NCBI RefSeq assembly: GCF_006345805.1 | Contig: NC_043004.1 | Span: forward strand, 35,278,001 to 35,342,000 | Direction: 5' to 3' | Length of the DNA: 64,000 nt | DNA from: Octopus sinensis | Lineage: Eukaryota | In this document: positions 12,895 to 25,677 of the stretch, one piece after another | How positions within the stretch are numbered: position 1 is the first letter of the stretch | Layout of the letters: each line of letters opens with the position of its first letter | The notes under the pieces: model-generated | What the model saw: only the letters and a program-made list of their open reading frames with translations | Told to the model about the DNA's origin: nothing | The model's database searches: none | Position numbers and translations under genes: made by a program

Positions 12895-13128
12895 CGATTT
12901 CATCTCAATCGAAGGAGAGGGGCTTTCTCCGTCCGGGTTGCGGATCCGTGGAATAAGCTGCCAGACGAGATGGTGAAGATGCCGACGACCGCTCGGTTCA
13001 AAGTCCCCCTTGACCTCAAGTGGCCTGAACTATTTACATGAACACCACCCTGTACATAACTCCATGTCCCCCTACATGGCCTTGCTTTTTGCTTTTTGAG
13101 CCAAAAAATTAACTAATTAACTAACTAA
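12895..13128 (+). mobile_element. CR1-clade LINE 3' end
   Basis: RFHLNRRRGAFSVRVADPWNKLPDEMVKMPTTARFKVPLDLKWPELFT* is a typical CR1/L2 ORF2 terminus. It is CpG-rich and ends in a (TAAC)n tail. Confidence 0.8.
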
Positions 13129-14539
13129 TACAGGGTAGGTAAATAACCTCAAAGGACTTCTGCAAGTACAACGCATTAAAAAAAAATGTAGAAAAATATA
13201 TATTACAATGCATCTGAGTACATTAAAATGAAACAGAGTTATCATCATCATTATCGTCGTCCTCAGTTCTAACATCCACTCTGTCATGCTCACATGGGGC
13301 AAACAGAATTTGTTGAGGCAGATATCCTATGGCCGGATGCCCTTCCTGTTAGCAAGCATCATATGTTTCCAAAGTAATGCAGCATTGCTCCGTAGACAGG
13401 CATCTTTCCTTGGAAGATTTGAGACAAAGTATATCACTTGTGTACGATACTGACAGTCACAAATATCACGTGATGTAAAGGCAAGGCTAAAGTTACACAC
13501 ATACACATGTAAAAACATATATATAGTAAGCTTCTTTCAGTTTCCTATTTCTTTATTGCACACAACGGGCTAAACATAGAGGGGACAAACAAGGACAGAC
13601 AAAGGGATTAAGTCAATTACATCGACCCCAGTGCATAACTGGTACTTAATTTATTAACTCCGAAAGGATGAAAGGCAAAGTTGACCTCAGCAGAATTTGA
13701 ACTCAGAATGTAACGGCAGACGAAATACTGCTAAGCATTTCGCCCGGCGTGCTAACATTTCTGCCAGCTCACCACCTTTCAGTTTCCATCAGTCAAATCT
13801 ACTCACAAGGCCTTGGTTAGGTCAGCCTGAGGCTATAGTAGAAAACATTTGCCCAAGGTGCCACGTAATATACAGTTACCTAAGGAGATCTATATATTTA
13901 TTATAACAGTTTATAGATAAGAATATTGTGAGGTCTAAGCAAACAACAGGTAAATACCACAAGAGAACATATATGGTAACATGGAAGAGGTAACATTGCT
14001 TCAGGGAACAGGGAACCTGGATGCCTTCATGAACAAATGACGCTGCTCTGTCACTTGGTCTAGACCAGCTAAAAGAGGTAAAGACTTGTTCTTGGATTCA
14101 AGGAGAAGGAAAAAAGGAATTACAGAAATCCTTGTCTCATTGAGGGCTGCCACATTTTTCTTTTATTTATTTTGTCTTTCCTTTTACTTGTTTCAGATAT
14201 TGAACTCTGACCATAATGGGGCACCATCTTAAAAGGGGAAAAATAGATGCACAAGGCAGTGACTGAGGTAAAATAGATTTGAAACATCTCCAATCAGATA
14301 TTTAGCATCCTAGTATGACAAAGTATTCACATGGCTAAACTTCCAAGTGTAGAGTTTAGTAACACAATTCTTCTTCTTCTTCTTCTTCTTATTATTATTA
14401 TTATTATCATTATTACTACTACTATTATTCTAAGGGGTAATGGCCTCATCAATAACACCAATAAAGAGCTGCTATTTGGATGGCCATTGACTCCTCAAAG
14501 TTCATCTGCTCTTAGGTCTTGTGTTCCCTTCTGCAGGGT

Positions 14540-14830
14540 GACCAAATAGCAAGAAAAACACTCTCCTCACAAAGCAAATTCTTCGGGGTTGCTGGTTTAG
14601 TCACTGTCCAACGTAATCTAAAAGCAAACTGGTCATGGGAATTTAAAAGAGAACTGGAAGATGGAACGAGACAAGAGAATAGAGCAATCACAGGTAAGAA
14701 GAAAAAGAAAAGATTAAGAAAATACCAACCTGGAAAACCACCGGAGCAGATGGTGTCCAGGATTTCTGGCTCGAAAATCTCCCAAGTATACACAACTACA
14801 TAGGGCAGTTGTGAGACAGCTCTCTGGCCT
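14540..14830 (+). mobile_element. R4/Dong-clade non-LTR retrotransposon fragment (pre-RT region)
   Basis: ..WSWEFKRELE..RQEN..IT..KKRLRK/IPTWKTTGADGVQDFWLENLPSIH matches the NWK.PGPDG.QG.WLK motif of R4/Dong. One frameshift is present. Confidence 0.65.
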
Positions 14831-15289
14831 TCAGGAGTCCATTTCGACAACCTGTGACTGCAGCTGACCTTTCACTGAGCTTGCTTTGACCACCAACATC
14901 ATCATCATCATCATCATCATCATTGTTTAATGTCCGCTTTCCATGCTAGCATGGGTTCGACGATTTGACTGAGGTCTGGCGAACCAGATGGCTGCAGCAG
15001 ACTCCAATCTTATCTGGCAGAGTTTCTGCAGCTGGATGCCCATACATGAGTCAGTATCAGCCATGGGTCTACATCATGTGGTGCACCTGAGCACTGTATA
15101 CAATAATTTCATTATTATAAATAATAACACTTGTATGAAACGAAGAAAACAACATCTCAAAATTAAGCAAACCTGCCTCAACAGGGTTATTTGGGGGAAC
15201 CTTATATATTCCTCATGATTACTCTGACTGATCAAAGGCCAGTGTCTTCCCCCAGTTCTGTTATCAGCTCATAGCCATACAGGAGGCTG

Positions 15290-15530
15290 CTCTACCCGCT
15301 CAGTTTCCTTATGATCAAGCTCTATGCCACATGAGAAATTTACCAGAGCATAGCATCTTCCTCTCGACCCACATTTCCCTCTTTAAACCATATTCAATGT
15401 GGTCTTGTCTTCACAATACAACTTGGTCCTCAAACCTGTCAACTGCATTCGCTATGGCCACCAGACAGAAGAAGACTATCCACTCTTCGTTGCCACAGGA
15501 AGCTGGTCATAATAATATTTTATTTTGCAC
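15290..15530 (-). mobile_element. Decayed Tx1/L1-like ORF2 C-terminal fragment
   Basis: The minus-strand translation ..FFCLVAIA..LKREMWVERKMLCSGKF resembles the C-terminus of the element at 4625-5475. Confidence 0.45.
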
Positions 15531-16299
15531 ATATGCCTTGAAGAATAACTGTTAATCAATCTTAGCACAAATGCAGATATTTATATATTCATGTTTGTGT
15601 TTGATATAGACTATCAAACTCATACAACTGTTTTATATTGCAGTGTAGAAGCTGAGGCCATTGGCAATATAGTGTTATCATAGTTTCACTTTTTCCCTAC
15701 TTTGTGTGTGTGTGTGTGTGTCTGTGTTTACATGGAAGAGACAAAGTGTGCGTGCATATGTGTGTAAGAGAGAGAGAGAAAGATAAAGAGAAAGAAAGAG
15801 AGGGAATGAGAGGGAGAGAGTTAATGATTTATGGTGAAGATTTACAGTAAGAGAAGTGACATCCAGCTTGTTGCAGACTCGTATGTCAGTTCATGTTTTA
15901 CATATTACTCTTGTGTATGTGTGTGTGTGTGTGTGCGTGCGTGCGTGCGTGTGTGTGTGAGTGAGTGTGTGTTTGTGTGTACATGGTTATGTGTTTATTG
16001 GCATGCATGTATATACACATCTGTGTGTATACATGCCTGGGTTGCTTTACTCACCATATATACATGTGCATGTATGCATCCCTCATGAAAAGCCTTAATT
16101 CTTCTATTAATTTGCATACAAGTTCATAAAGCCTGTTCTAAAATGAAAGCGGAGCAGTAAATTAGATGTGTAATGTTCTACAAAGGCAGGCATTTATCAT
16201 AAAACAACCAGTCACAAACTCACAACAGCCTTACTTAAACATCCATTCATGGGTGTTATTTCCTTTCCACTACATGGTGTGTTGTGTATTGAATAAGCA

Positions 16300-16354
<55 letters not shown>

Positions 16355-16507
16355 ACACACATACATATATACATACATACATACATACATACATACACAT
16401 AATTGTACATTAGATATATATATACGTGTATATATATATGTACGCACATACATACATATATACATGCATACATACACATAATTGTACATTAGATATATAT
16501 ATACACG

Positions 16508-16539
<32 letters not shown>

Positions 16540-16622
16540 GTACACACATACATACATATATACATACATATATATATATACATACATACATATATACATA
16601 CATACACATATAATTGTACATT

Positions 16623-16663
<41 letters not shown>

Positions 16664-16680
16664 CATACACATATAAATGT

Positions 16681-16728
<48 letters not shown>

Positions 16729-16797
16729 AACATACACAAATATACAAACATGATATACACATGCATATACATTCTACCATATATATATATACATATA

Positions 16798-17656
16798 TTG
16801 GGTGCAATGGGTAAGTTGTCACCATTTTATATTTCTAATTTTGCACATGCACATTGTTTGTTTTTTATTTTGTCAACTACACAGTATAGTAGGGTCATTG
16901 GGCACAGCCTGTTAGAAAAATAGCACCACGGCACAATTCACTCTGCCAGAGAATTGGAAACAGCATGCTGTACTGCTTGGTATTTGTGCCGAAAGCTCCA
17001 ATACAAACAGATGAACACACAGAACATCCGTTGGCTTGCTGTGTCCCCAAAACATGTACTGAGATAAAAATCAAACATCCAGTCAACATCATGGCGTCTG
17101 GAATGATCACTATACCATTCATCTTCCCACATGGCTTCAAACTCAACATGGAGGCCTACATCAAGTGCCTGGAGGAGATAGCTGCCCTGGATGAAGGGGT
17201 GGCTGCTGGACGACCCTATGTCTGGCAACAGGACTCTGCACCATGCCACACAAGCAAGAAAACCCAGTCACGACTGTCAGACAGTTTCTGCGACCACATC
17301 ACCCCTAACATCTTGCCACCTAACCCCCTACACTGCAGCCCCCTTAATTATTACATGTGGAGCACAGTTGAATGAGAGACCAACAAAACTCCCCGTAACA
17401 CCAAAGATGAACTGAAGGCAAGGATTATGGCAGTGTTGACCAATTTAAACAAGGATACTGGCAGAAGAGTTGCAGAAGATTCCAAAGTTGTTTGGAGGCC
17501 ATGGTCGAAGCCAATATTGATTTTATTGAATAAATTTACTCTTTAGTATTTTAAGATATTTTTATGTAATTTTGGTAAATATATCTGTTAAAATGAGATG
17601 TCAGTGTTATTTTCATTTTTGCGTAATTTAGATGACAATTTATTCACCACACCATG
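16798..17656 (+). mobile_element. Internally deleted Tc1/mariner element of the maT (DD37D) type
   Basis: ..AGRPYVWQQDSAPCHTSKKTQSRLSDSFCDHITPNILPPNPLHCSPLNYYMWSTVE*ETNKTPRNTKDELKARI. It has imperfect TIRs (gggtgcaatgggtaagttgtcacc versus the rc of gatgacaatttattcaccacaccatg) and a TA at both ends. Confidence 0.85.
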
Positions 17657-18892
17657 TATGTTTGTATACATAAATAAACACACACATACACATTGACAGA
17701 TAGATAAGTAGACTAGCTGACAAACATACAGACAGATGGAAACTGAATGAAGGCTTGGCATATGCGTGCTTTCATGTTTAGACATCAGAGGATAGATATC
17801 AAAGTCCCCTTCATACGAGTGGAGTCCCTCATTTTCAGTCTTCAATGGAATCATGTCTGGCCATGGGGTAAAAGTACTTTGCTGGAACTGGGTGAGGGCT
17901 GGTGACAGGAAAGTTCGTCATCAATCAGTACAAAATCCACCTCAACCGATTCTCTTTGACTCATGCAAACAGGCAGAAATGGAGATTAAAGTGATGATAT
18001 ATAATTTCTACATGTATATGTACCAAGTAATTGTTCAAGCTTCTTTGAAAGTCGAGATCATCATAGTCATCATCATCATCATTATCACCACCGTCATCAT
18101 CATCATCACTGGATCTAGTTTTTTACATTCGTAAAATATGCATTTTTTTAAAAGAAAGTACAAAATCTGAAAATCAGTTATAATAATGTAGCCTTCTAGT
18201 CTCATTGCTTTGAAGGTATGATTGTTGTGGAGCAAAAAATTGGAGAAAAAAATTACTGAGGTTTAGAAATCGAAAAAATATGGGTATTTTTAGCCAATAG
18301 CGAAACAGAAATTTTCTGTGTTTACTGGAGCGGTGTCATCTTGAAGGTTGTACCCAGTGATCTCTATAGTTTAGCGTCTGACCCGTTCACTGTAGGTTTC
18401 TAAATAAACAGAAGTACCTAATAAAATCAGCATGTATCACATTACTGTTTCTTTTGTCTCTTCATTGATTGTATTTCTTATCATTTTTTAAAATTTGTTA
18501 TATTAACATATTTGTCTGGATGTGTTTACTTTATGCATATTTCAGTATTATGTACACCTGTTATGTATTTGGGTAAATCATTAATATAATAAGTGCATGT
18601 GTGTGTGTGTGAAAAGGGGGAGTCTGTCTCCAAAATTCCAAAGTTGAGTGACGTTTTCATGCTTGGATTTATAAACTACAATAACAATATATATAATGAA
18701 TGAGAAAAAAGATTATAGGTACTTGGCATAATTAAATTTATATATATATATATATGAATTATCCTTTCTTTACTGTTAACATGGAAAATTCAATAAACAG
18801 TTACCAGGGTAGCAAAATTCACACAAGTAACAAGGATGTAGCGACTTATTCAAAGGTAGAAACTCCGGGTTAATGTGCAGTAATTTGTATAG

Positions 18893-18945
18893 TATAAGTA
18901 AATAAATGGAGTTGAATAATATCTGCGTTCAACTCCATTTATTTA

Positions 18946-18951
<6 letters not shown>
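18893..18951. repeat. Perfect 24 bp inverted repeat with an 11 nt loop
   Basis: tataagtaaataaatggagttgaa-taatatctgcg-ttcaactccatttatttacttata. Confidence 0.95.
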
Positions 18952-18980
<29 letters not shown>

Positions 18981-19079
18981 CTGTAGAAACTTTGCCAGAT
19001 CAGATCAAGACTGGTGCAGCCTTCTGGCTCCACAGGAGCTAGCTGAAAGGTTGCTTTTAAACTAGTATATATATATATA

Positions 19080-19534
19080 TCGAAGTCGAAATCAAACTAG
19101 GTGACTGGCATCCCTTGCTAGTGGAACACAAAGAGTACCATACGAGTGAGATCGTTGCCAGAGCAACAAGCTGGCCTTCGTGCCGATGGCATGTTAAACA
19201 CACCATTCGAGTATGATCATTACCGTGTTGCCTTACTAGCACTTGTGCTGGTGGCATGAGAAACATTTGAGCGAGGTCGTTGCCAGTGCTGCTGGACTGG
19301 CTCCTGTGCAGGTGGCACATAAAAAGCACCATTTGGGTGTGGCCATTGCCAGTACCCCCCAAACTGGCCCTCGTGCCGGTGGCACATAAAAGCACCCACT
19401 ACACTCTCTGAGTGGTTGGCATTAGGAAGGGCATCCAGCTGTAGAAACTCTGCCAGATCAGATTGGAGTCTGGTTCGCCAGACCTCAGTCAAATCGTCCA
19501 ACCCATGCTAGCATGGAAAGCAGACGTTAAATGA

Positions 19535-19538
<4 letters not shown>
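19080..19538 (+). mobile_element. Long family A element with tandem ggcacataaaaagcacc units
   Basis: Repeated gca(c/t)(g/a)taaaagcacc units lie upstream of the conserved GAT-tailed 3' end. Confidence 0.75.
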
Positions 19539-19601
<63 letters not shown>

Positions 19602-22196
19602 CATGTATGTATGTATTATTCATTACCAAGAATTGTATTAACAGTGACTTTGAAGAATCGGTCAGCTAAGCCATCATTGGACTGTAATACATTTGAGTTC
19701 ATCTTGGGTTTAAAGAATCTCTGTTTAGCTGAAATTTTCTGGAGTAGATTAAGTTTTGTTGAGTAATAATTAGATCTTAGGTCAGACAATTCTGAGGAGC
19801 AGGGGCCATTTTAATTTCAAAAACATGTCAGAAAGTGGAGACTGTACAGCTGTATATATAGGAGTGTGCATGAATGTATGTATGTGTAGTGTGTGGTGTG
19901 TGTGTGTATGTGTGCATGCATGTGTGGCTGTGTGTGTGTGTGTATTCTCTTTCTCTTGTTTTTTCTTATAGAGACACTGACCGTTCACTTTGTGTTTATG
20001 TGTAGCCCTAACTCTCCTCTTTTACCTTTGTGTATGTGTGTGTGTGTGATTTAAATAACTTGATATGTTTTAAGCGAAGCTTGGCCCAGGCCAGAGAGGG
20101 AGAGAGAAGCTGGGTAAGAGTTTGTTGTTGCACATTTCTGAAATTGTAGTATGGATGATGCTAAGAACTATAAAATGTCTGTTAGAGTATTGAAAAAATA
20201 TGGAAAAGTGTTCCAGTGCTGGAACTGAAATTGACATATGTAAAAATAGGTCAAGGGACAATAAAAAAAAAACCCATGAAAAGCATGCAAAAAACTGTTG
20301 CAAAAGTCCAGTTGAAGTTGCAGTCGACTGGTTTGAAGAGAGTGATAAATAGCAGGTTGACTATTGACTTATGTTCTGCAATGAGCTTCCACTTGTGATA
20401 TTGATTTTGTAGCAGAAATAAACAAATAAATGCAATGTCGAATAGTTTAGGATCAATGGAAACTGTGATAGCTAATGGACAAGCTCTGGCAATTGGATCG
20501 CTGAGCAACAGAACTGACTTCCACTTACCAATCACCCACCATAACAAAAACAAAAACGAAAAGATAGAAATATGTATCAAAACAATAAAATATAAAAGAA
20601 AGAGCTGATGTAAAAATAAAATATGATAGACTAACAGAAGCATATGAATTATAATTTCATGCTAGCTTGCTAAAATGTTGAGAGAATAGAGAGACATGCA
20701 TTTATAGATTTGCAAATTCAACTGTGACCAGTCACTACTATCATTTCAATAGGCGACTGTTTATCTTCTCAGCCGTTTCATGGTCTCTGAATGTTTGGCT
20801 TGCAATTTTTGCTTCTTGTTTTTGCTTTCTATTTATTTAATTTGTTCCTTTTTTTGTACACCTGTCTCTTTTGCTGTTTTTCATTAATTTCATTTGCTTT
20901 TGTTCATTTACTGAGTGTATGTGCATCTACATACATATATTTACATAGAAATACGTACATGCCCAGATAGTCATATACATGTGTATGTATACATATACAC
21001 GTGCACACACACATACACACACACACGGGTGCATGCAAACACATACATGCCTATATCTGGAGATGGGTGTTAGGAGCTCCTCGTGTCTCTGTTGTCCTAC
21101 AGAGAAACATTACTGTTAGGTAAAGAACTATATGTATAAATCAATATCTCCAGAATCCCTTGCCAAACCTGAGAAGCAAAATATATTTTAGGAGAAGGTA
21201 AAGAATGGACAAATAAAAGACAACATGCAATTCACTCAGAGGTGGACGTTAAGTTCACTTAATGAACATAATAGGGGGGAGATCAAAATCTAAGCAAGTA
21301 GTTATATTATGACGACGATACTAACACAACTAATACAATATGCATTTTTTAAAGCTAGCTTTATGTTCTTCCATGGAGATGATCAGAAGAGAAGAGTAAA
21401 TTTAGCCTCAAGGTCATAAAACATTAACAGAATAAAATCCGTTTATTATCATCAATGGCATAGAATAGATCTGCTTACAATAAGTTCAAATATCCTCTCG
21501 TGTTTTACAGTCTCGTGCCATCTTCCCTATGACACTTGAATGTCAACTTTATTTTCGATTCTTCTAGGACCAATTAAAAAACATACCAGCTATATACTGG
21601 GATCAATAGAATTCTCAGGGATGACTCTTAAGGCTGTGAAGGAGAATGTCTTCATTTGGATTTATCCAAAACGATAAGAAATTACTTCTGCTTTCCATAA
21701 AATGTGTTACAGAGTATTTATATAAACATTTCCTAATCAGTGACTGTTAGGTAGAAAGTTTGCTTCCTAACCACATGGTTCCAGGTTCAATCCCTCTGCT
21801 CGGCACCTTGTGTGAGTGTTTTGTGCTATAGCCTCAGGTCAACCAAAGGCTTGTGAGTGGATATAGTAGATGGAAACTGAAAGAAGCCCACCATGTGTGT
21901 GTGTGTGTGATTAATTTCCCACTATTGTTCGACAGCCATTTTTGTTTGTTTATGTCTCCATAACTTTGCTGTTCGGCAATAGAGACCAATAAAATAAGAA
22001 CCAGGATTAAAAAAAAATACTTGGTTGTTTCAGTCAACTAAAACTCCTCAAGGTGGCGCCTCTGTCTGGCCAGGGTCTAATTAAAGGTGAAGATAAAAGA
22101 TTTCCAATCCAGCTAAAGCTAAATATCTTTCATTCATCCAAAATCAATGAAATGTCAATTATGCTTCCTCTCTCCTTCCATATTTCTGATAACAAA

Positions 22197-22655
22197 GTGG
22201 GTGTGCTGGCAGAATCGTTTCCATGCCAGGCAAAATGTGAGCATTTAATCTTTCTTTACATATTCTGAATTCAAATTCAAAGAAGGTTAACTTTGCCCTT
22301 CGTCCTTCTTGGCATTGAGAAAATAAGTACCAGTTGAGCACAGGGGTTAGTGAACTTACCCTCAGCCCCTAAATATCAGGCGTTGTGCCTTTTAGTAGAA
22401 AGGCTTATTAATAAAACAGAACGGAAGAGAATTGGATGAAACATTAGTTTCAGATTTTGACACAAGGCCAAAGGTTCTGGAGGAAGGGTTAAGTTGATTA
22501 CATTGACTCCCTCCTTATGCAACTGGTACTTATTTTTATCAACTCTGACGAAAGGGAAACACAACTTCAGCAGAATTTGAACTTAGAACATAAAGCCTGA
22601 CTAAATACCACTAAGCATTTTGCCTGGTGTTCTAACGATTTGGCCAGCTCGTTGC
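22197..22655. mobile_element. Two family D SINEs in convergent (inverted) orientation
   Basis: Plus copy at 22197-22403 and minus copy at 22445-22655. Confidence 0.7.
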
Positions 22656-22869
22656 TTTAATTAAATTTAAAATTATGCATTGTTTGGTTGGTTATCTTTA
22701 TGTACTGGGTTCAAATACTGCTGAGGTCATATTTGCCTTTCATCTCTTTGGGGTTGGTAAAATAAAGTTCAAGAACCAGGGTATATGGGATCAACTAATC
22801 TCCACCTATCAAATCTGCTGACCTTGTGTTAAAATCATAAACTGGCAAATAAATAAAGTCATTATTATT

Positions 22870-23257
22870 ATCTGTTGTTGTTGTTGCTGCTTCTTTGTTT
22901 GTTTGTTGAGCGAAGAGGTCTTCATCCTAGAAGTCTGAAACATGGTCCTTTGCTATTCGTAAGACCCGAAGAAGAAAAAGCAGGTCAACCCCTGACACCG
23001 AGAGCATCAACGGATGGATGAATGTGCATCCAGGCTCAGTGGTTGTGTAGGAAGTCGGGGACAAAAAACAGGAAGAAAGAGTGAGAGACAGTTGGGGCGA
23101 AAGAGTACAACAGGGGTCACCACTACACCCTGCCGGAGCCTCATGGAGCTTTAGGTGTTTTCGCTCAATAAACACACACAACACCCGGTCTGGGAATCGA
23201 AACCGCGATCCTCCGACTGCAAGTCCGCTGCCCTAACCACTGGGCCATTGCGCCTCC
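22870..23257 (-). mobile_element. tRNA-headed SINE (family B head, different 3' tail ending in (CAA)n)
   Basis: The head and first ~180 nt are shared with 62425-62806; the 3' part is unrelated. Confidence 0.75.
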
Positions 23258-23871
23258 ACTGTTGCTGGCGTTGTTGTGAAAGAGCAAAGGAAATGGCAGT
23301 GTCAGGTTATAAGCCTAGAATATTTAATTTCAACTTTCAACATTCATAGTTTGGCTTCTGCAGAGGATAAACTGGACCCAGGATCAACTGAATTAATACC
23401 AGGCATATATTGGGGATCAATAAACTGATAATTTTTGTAAAAAAAAAATCCCCAAAAGTTACCCATAAAGTTGTAGTAATGTATGACATCCTTGTTACTG
23501 CCTTAAGACTGTGTCCTTTAGATTTGAAGATATCATACTCTGGTAACTATTTATTCCTCTTGTTGGCATCATTTAATAGCAGTTATGCCTAAAATAGACT
23601 ACAACCATACTGGAGCATTGCTTTCAAAGGTTTTTGCTGCTTATATTGACTTCAGTGATTTGTTATTATTTTATTGATCTTGAAGCTGGTCAGATAACAT
23701 TTATCAATAGTCAAACACTGCAAAATACTTTTGTTTCTTGCTCTGCACCAATTCTGTCATTGCATACTTATATATATATATATGTGTGTGTGTGTGTATA
23801 TATACACACTCATATATATATATATATATAGTGAGAATTTATGAAAAAGCAAAAGATGTATTAAGGAGTGA

Positions 23872-24440
23872 GAAAGTCTTTGGCACGTTTTGACACAACT
23901 ATCCTCATCCATTCTCCCCACATGACCATACAAGCACAGATGTCTCTCTTGCACACCACATCTGATGCTTCTTAGGTCCAACTTTTCTTTCAAGGCACTT
24001 ACACTCTGTCATGTATGCACATTTACATTATACATCCAGTGGAGCATACTGGCTTCATTCCTTGCAAGCTTACGCATGTCTTTAGCAGTCACAGCCCATG
24101 TTTCACTGTTATGTAGCATGGCTGTTCGTACACATGCATCATACAGTCTACCGAGAGGCCCTTTGTCACCAGTAGAGGTAGGAGCTCTCTGAAATATGCC
24201 CAGGCTATTCTTATTCTAGCAGCTACACTTTCAGAGCATCCACCTCATCTACTGACTTGGTCACATAGGTAACGGAAGCTGTCAATTACTTGTAGTTTTT
24301 CTCCCTGGAATGTAGAAGTTGTTCTCTGCACACTTTCAGTGTTTATTGCTCCTGAGTATCTGCCACATACAAAAACTATCTTCCCAATTAGCCTTCCTTT
24401 GATATTGCTGCACACACTAGTAAATTGTGAAACCTTGCAA
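23872..24440 (-). mobile_element. RTE-clade LINE fragment (ORF2 C-terminal region)
   Basis: KGRLIGKIVFVCGR..LQVIDSFRYL.DQVS..GGCSESVAARIRIAW..FRELLPLL..EKLDLRSIRCGVQER.L..YGHV.RMDEDSCVK, with stops and frameshifts. Confidence 0.85.
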
Positions 24441-25677
24441 GAGCTGAGGGCAACTGAATGCAATCCATGGTACATGCAACATAGTGAGAGAACAGCACCA
24501 CATTTACAGAAATGGTGCTTAACACCTGAACGCTTAACACCTGAATACATGCAAAAGACAGGAAAAACATGTGCTGCAAAAGCATCATTATCATCATCGT
24601 CCTCATCATATGAAAATCAAATCTGATTGAAAGTAATTATACACATATGATGGGGTTTTGCATTGATTCTGACAAAATTTTGGTCACCCCTGAAGATATG
24701 GTAGAGCAGACTTGATCCTCCGAAGCTAGTGATAGCAAAGTAAACTACCAGCCACATGGCCATATTTGGCAAAATATATTTGTTAAAGACAGTAAGACAG
24801 TTTTTGTTTTTTTGTGTGTAATTTGAAGACATCATTTGCAACAATATTTTCTCCATTACCAAGTAAATAAATGAATGAAATGACAATGCTACAGGACAAG
24901 AAAACAAAAGAGAAATAGCCATAGAAATCGGGAAAGAATTCGATATTTTGCATTCTTTTGTTGACTTGTTTCAACAAATATTATCCTCATTCTGTTTTGT
25001 TATACAAACAAAACAATGACTGCTGAGTGACATAATTTACCAATAAACGAAGAAAAAAAAGAAGAAGCTGAAGGAAGAAAACGAAAGACGCAGACACAAA
25101 AATGGAATGAATGAATGAAGTAGATTATTTTTCAATGTACTGCAACAACTTTCAGTGAGATTGATCACTTACTAAAATTCCCAACGAAAGTTAATTAGAA
25201 ATGTAAAGACCATTCAGAAAAAGCCTTCTTGAATATAAAGTTTCATGTAATTGATAAAAGAGATGATGAAAGAGTCTTGTTAGTTGTCTATATAGGGTAA
25301 ATATCAGAGCAGTAATGGGAGAGAGTTTAATTGTTGATACACCGTAAATATGAAATTGATAGCAAGGAAGTTTAATAGTTTGATATAGAGTAAATATGAT
25401 ATTGGTTATGAGAGAGAGAGAGTTTAATAGTTAATATAGTGTCAATATGAGAGCAGTAATGAGAAAGATTAATACTTGATATAAATCTATATAAATATAA
25501 ATATGAAATAAGTGAAGTGAGTGGCTAGTAATTGATACAAAGTAAATATAAGAAAGATGTAAACCAGTTTATTAGGTAAAGACCTTAAGAATGTTGTTGT
25601 TGAGCCTCCCTGGGTCAGCCTTCATCTATCAGACCTATGATTAAAGACATTCAAACCACGAGTATCCTATTTTTATA

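Noticed and set aside
24690-24735. CUGAAGA...CCGAAGCUAG hammerhead-like spacing
   Set aside because: GAAA is mutated and stems I and II do not pair convincingly.
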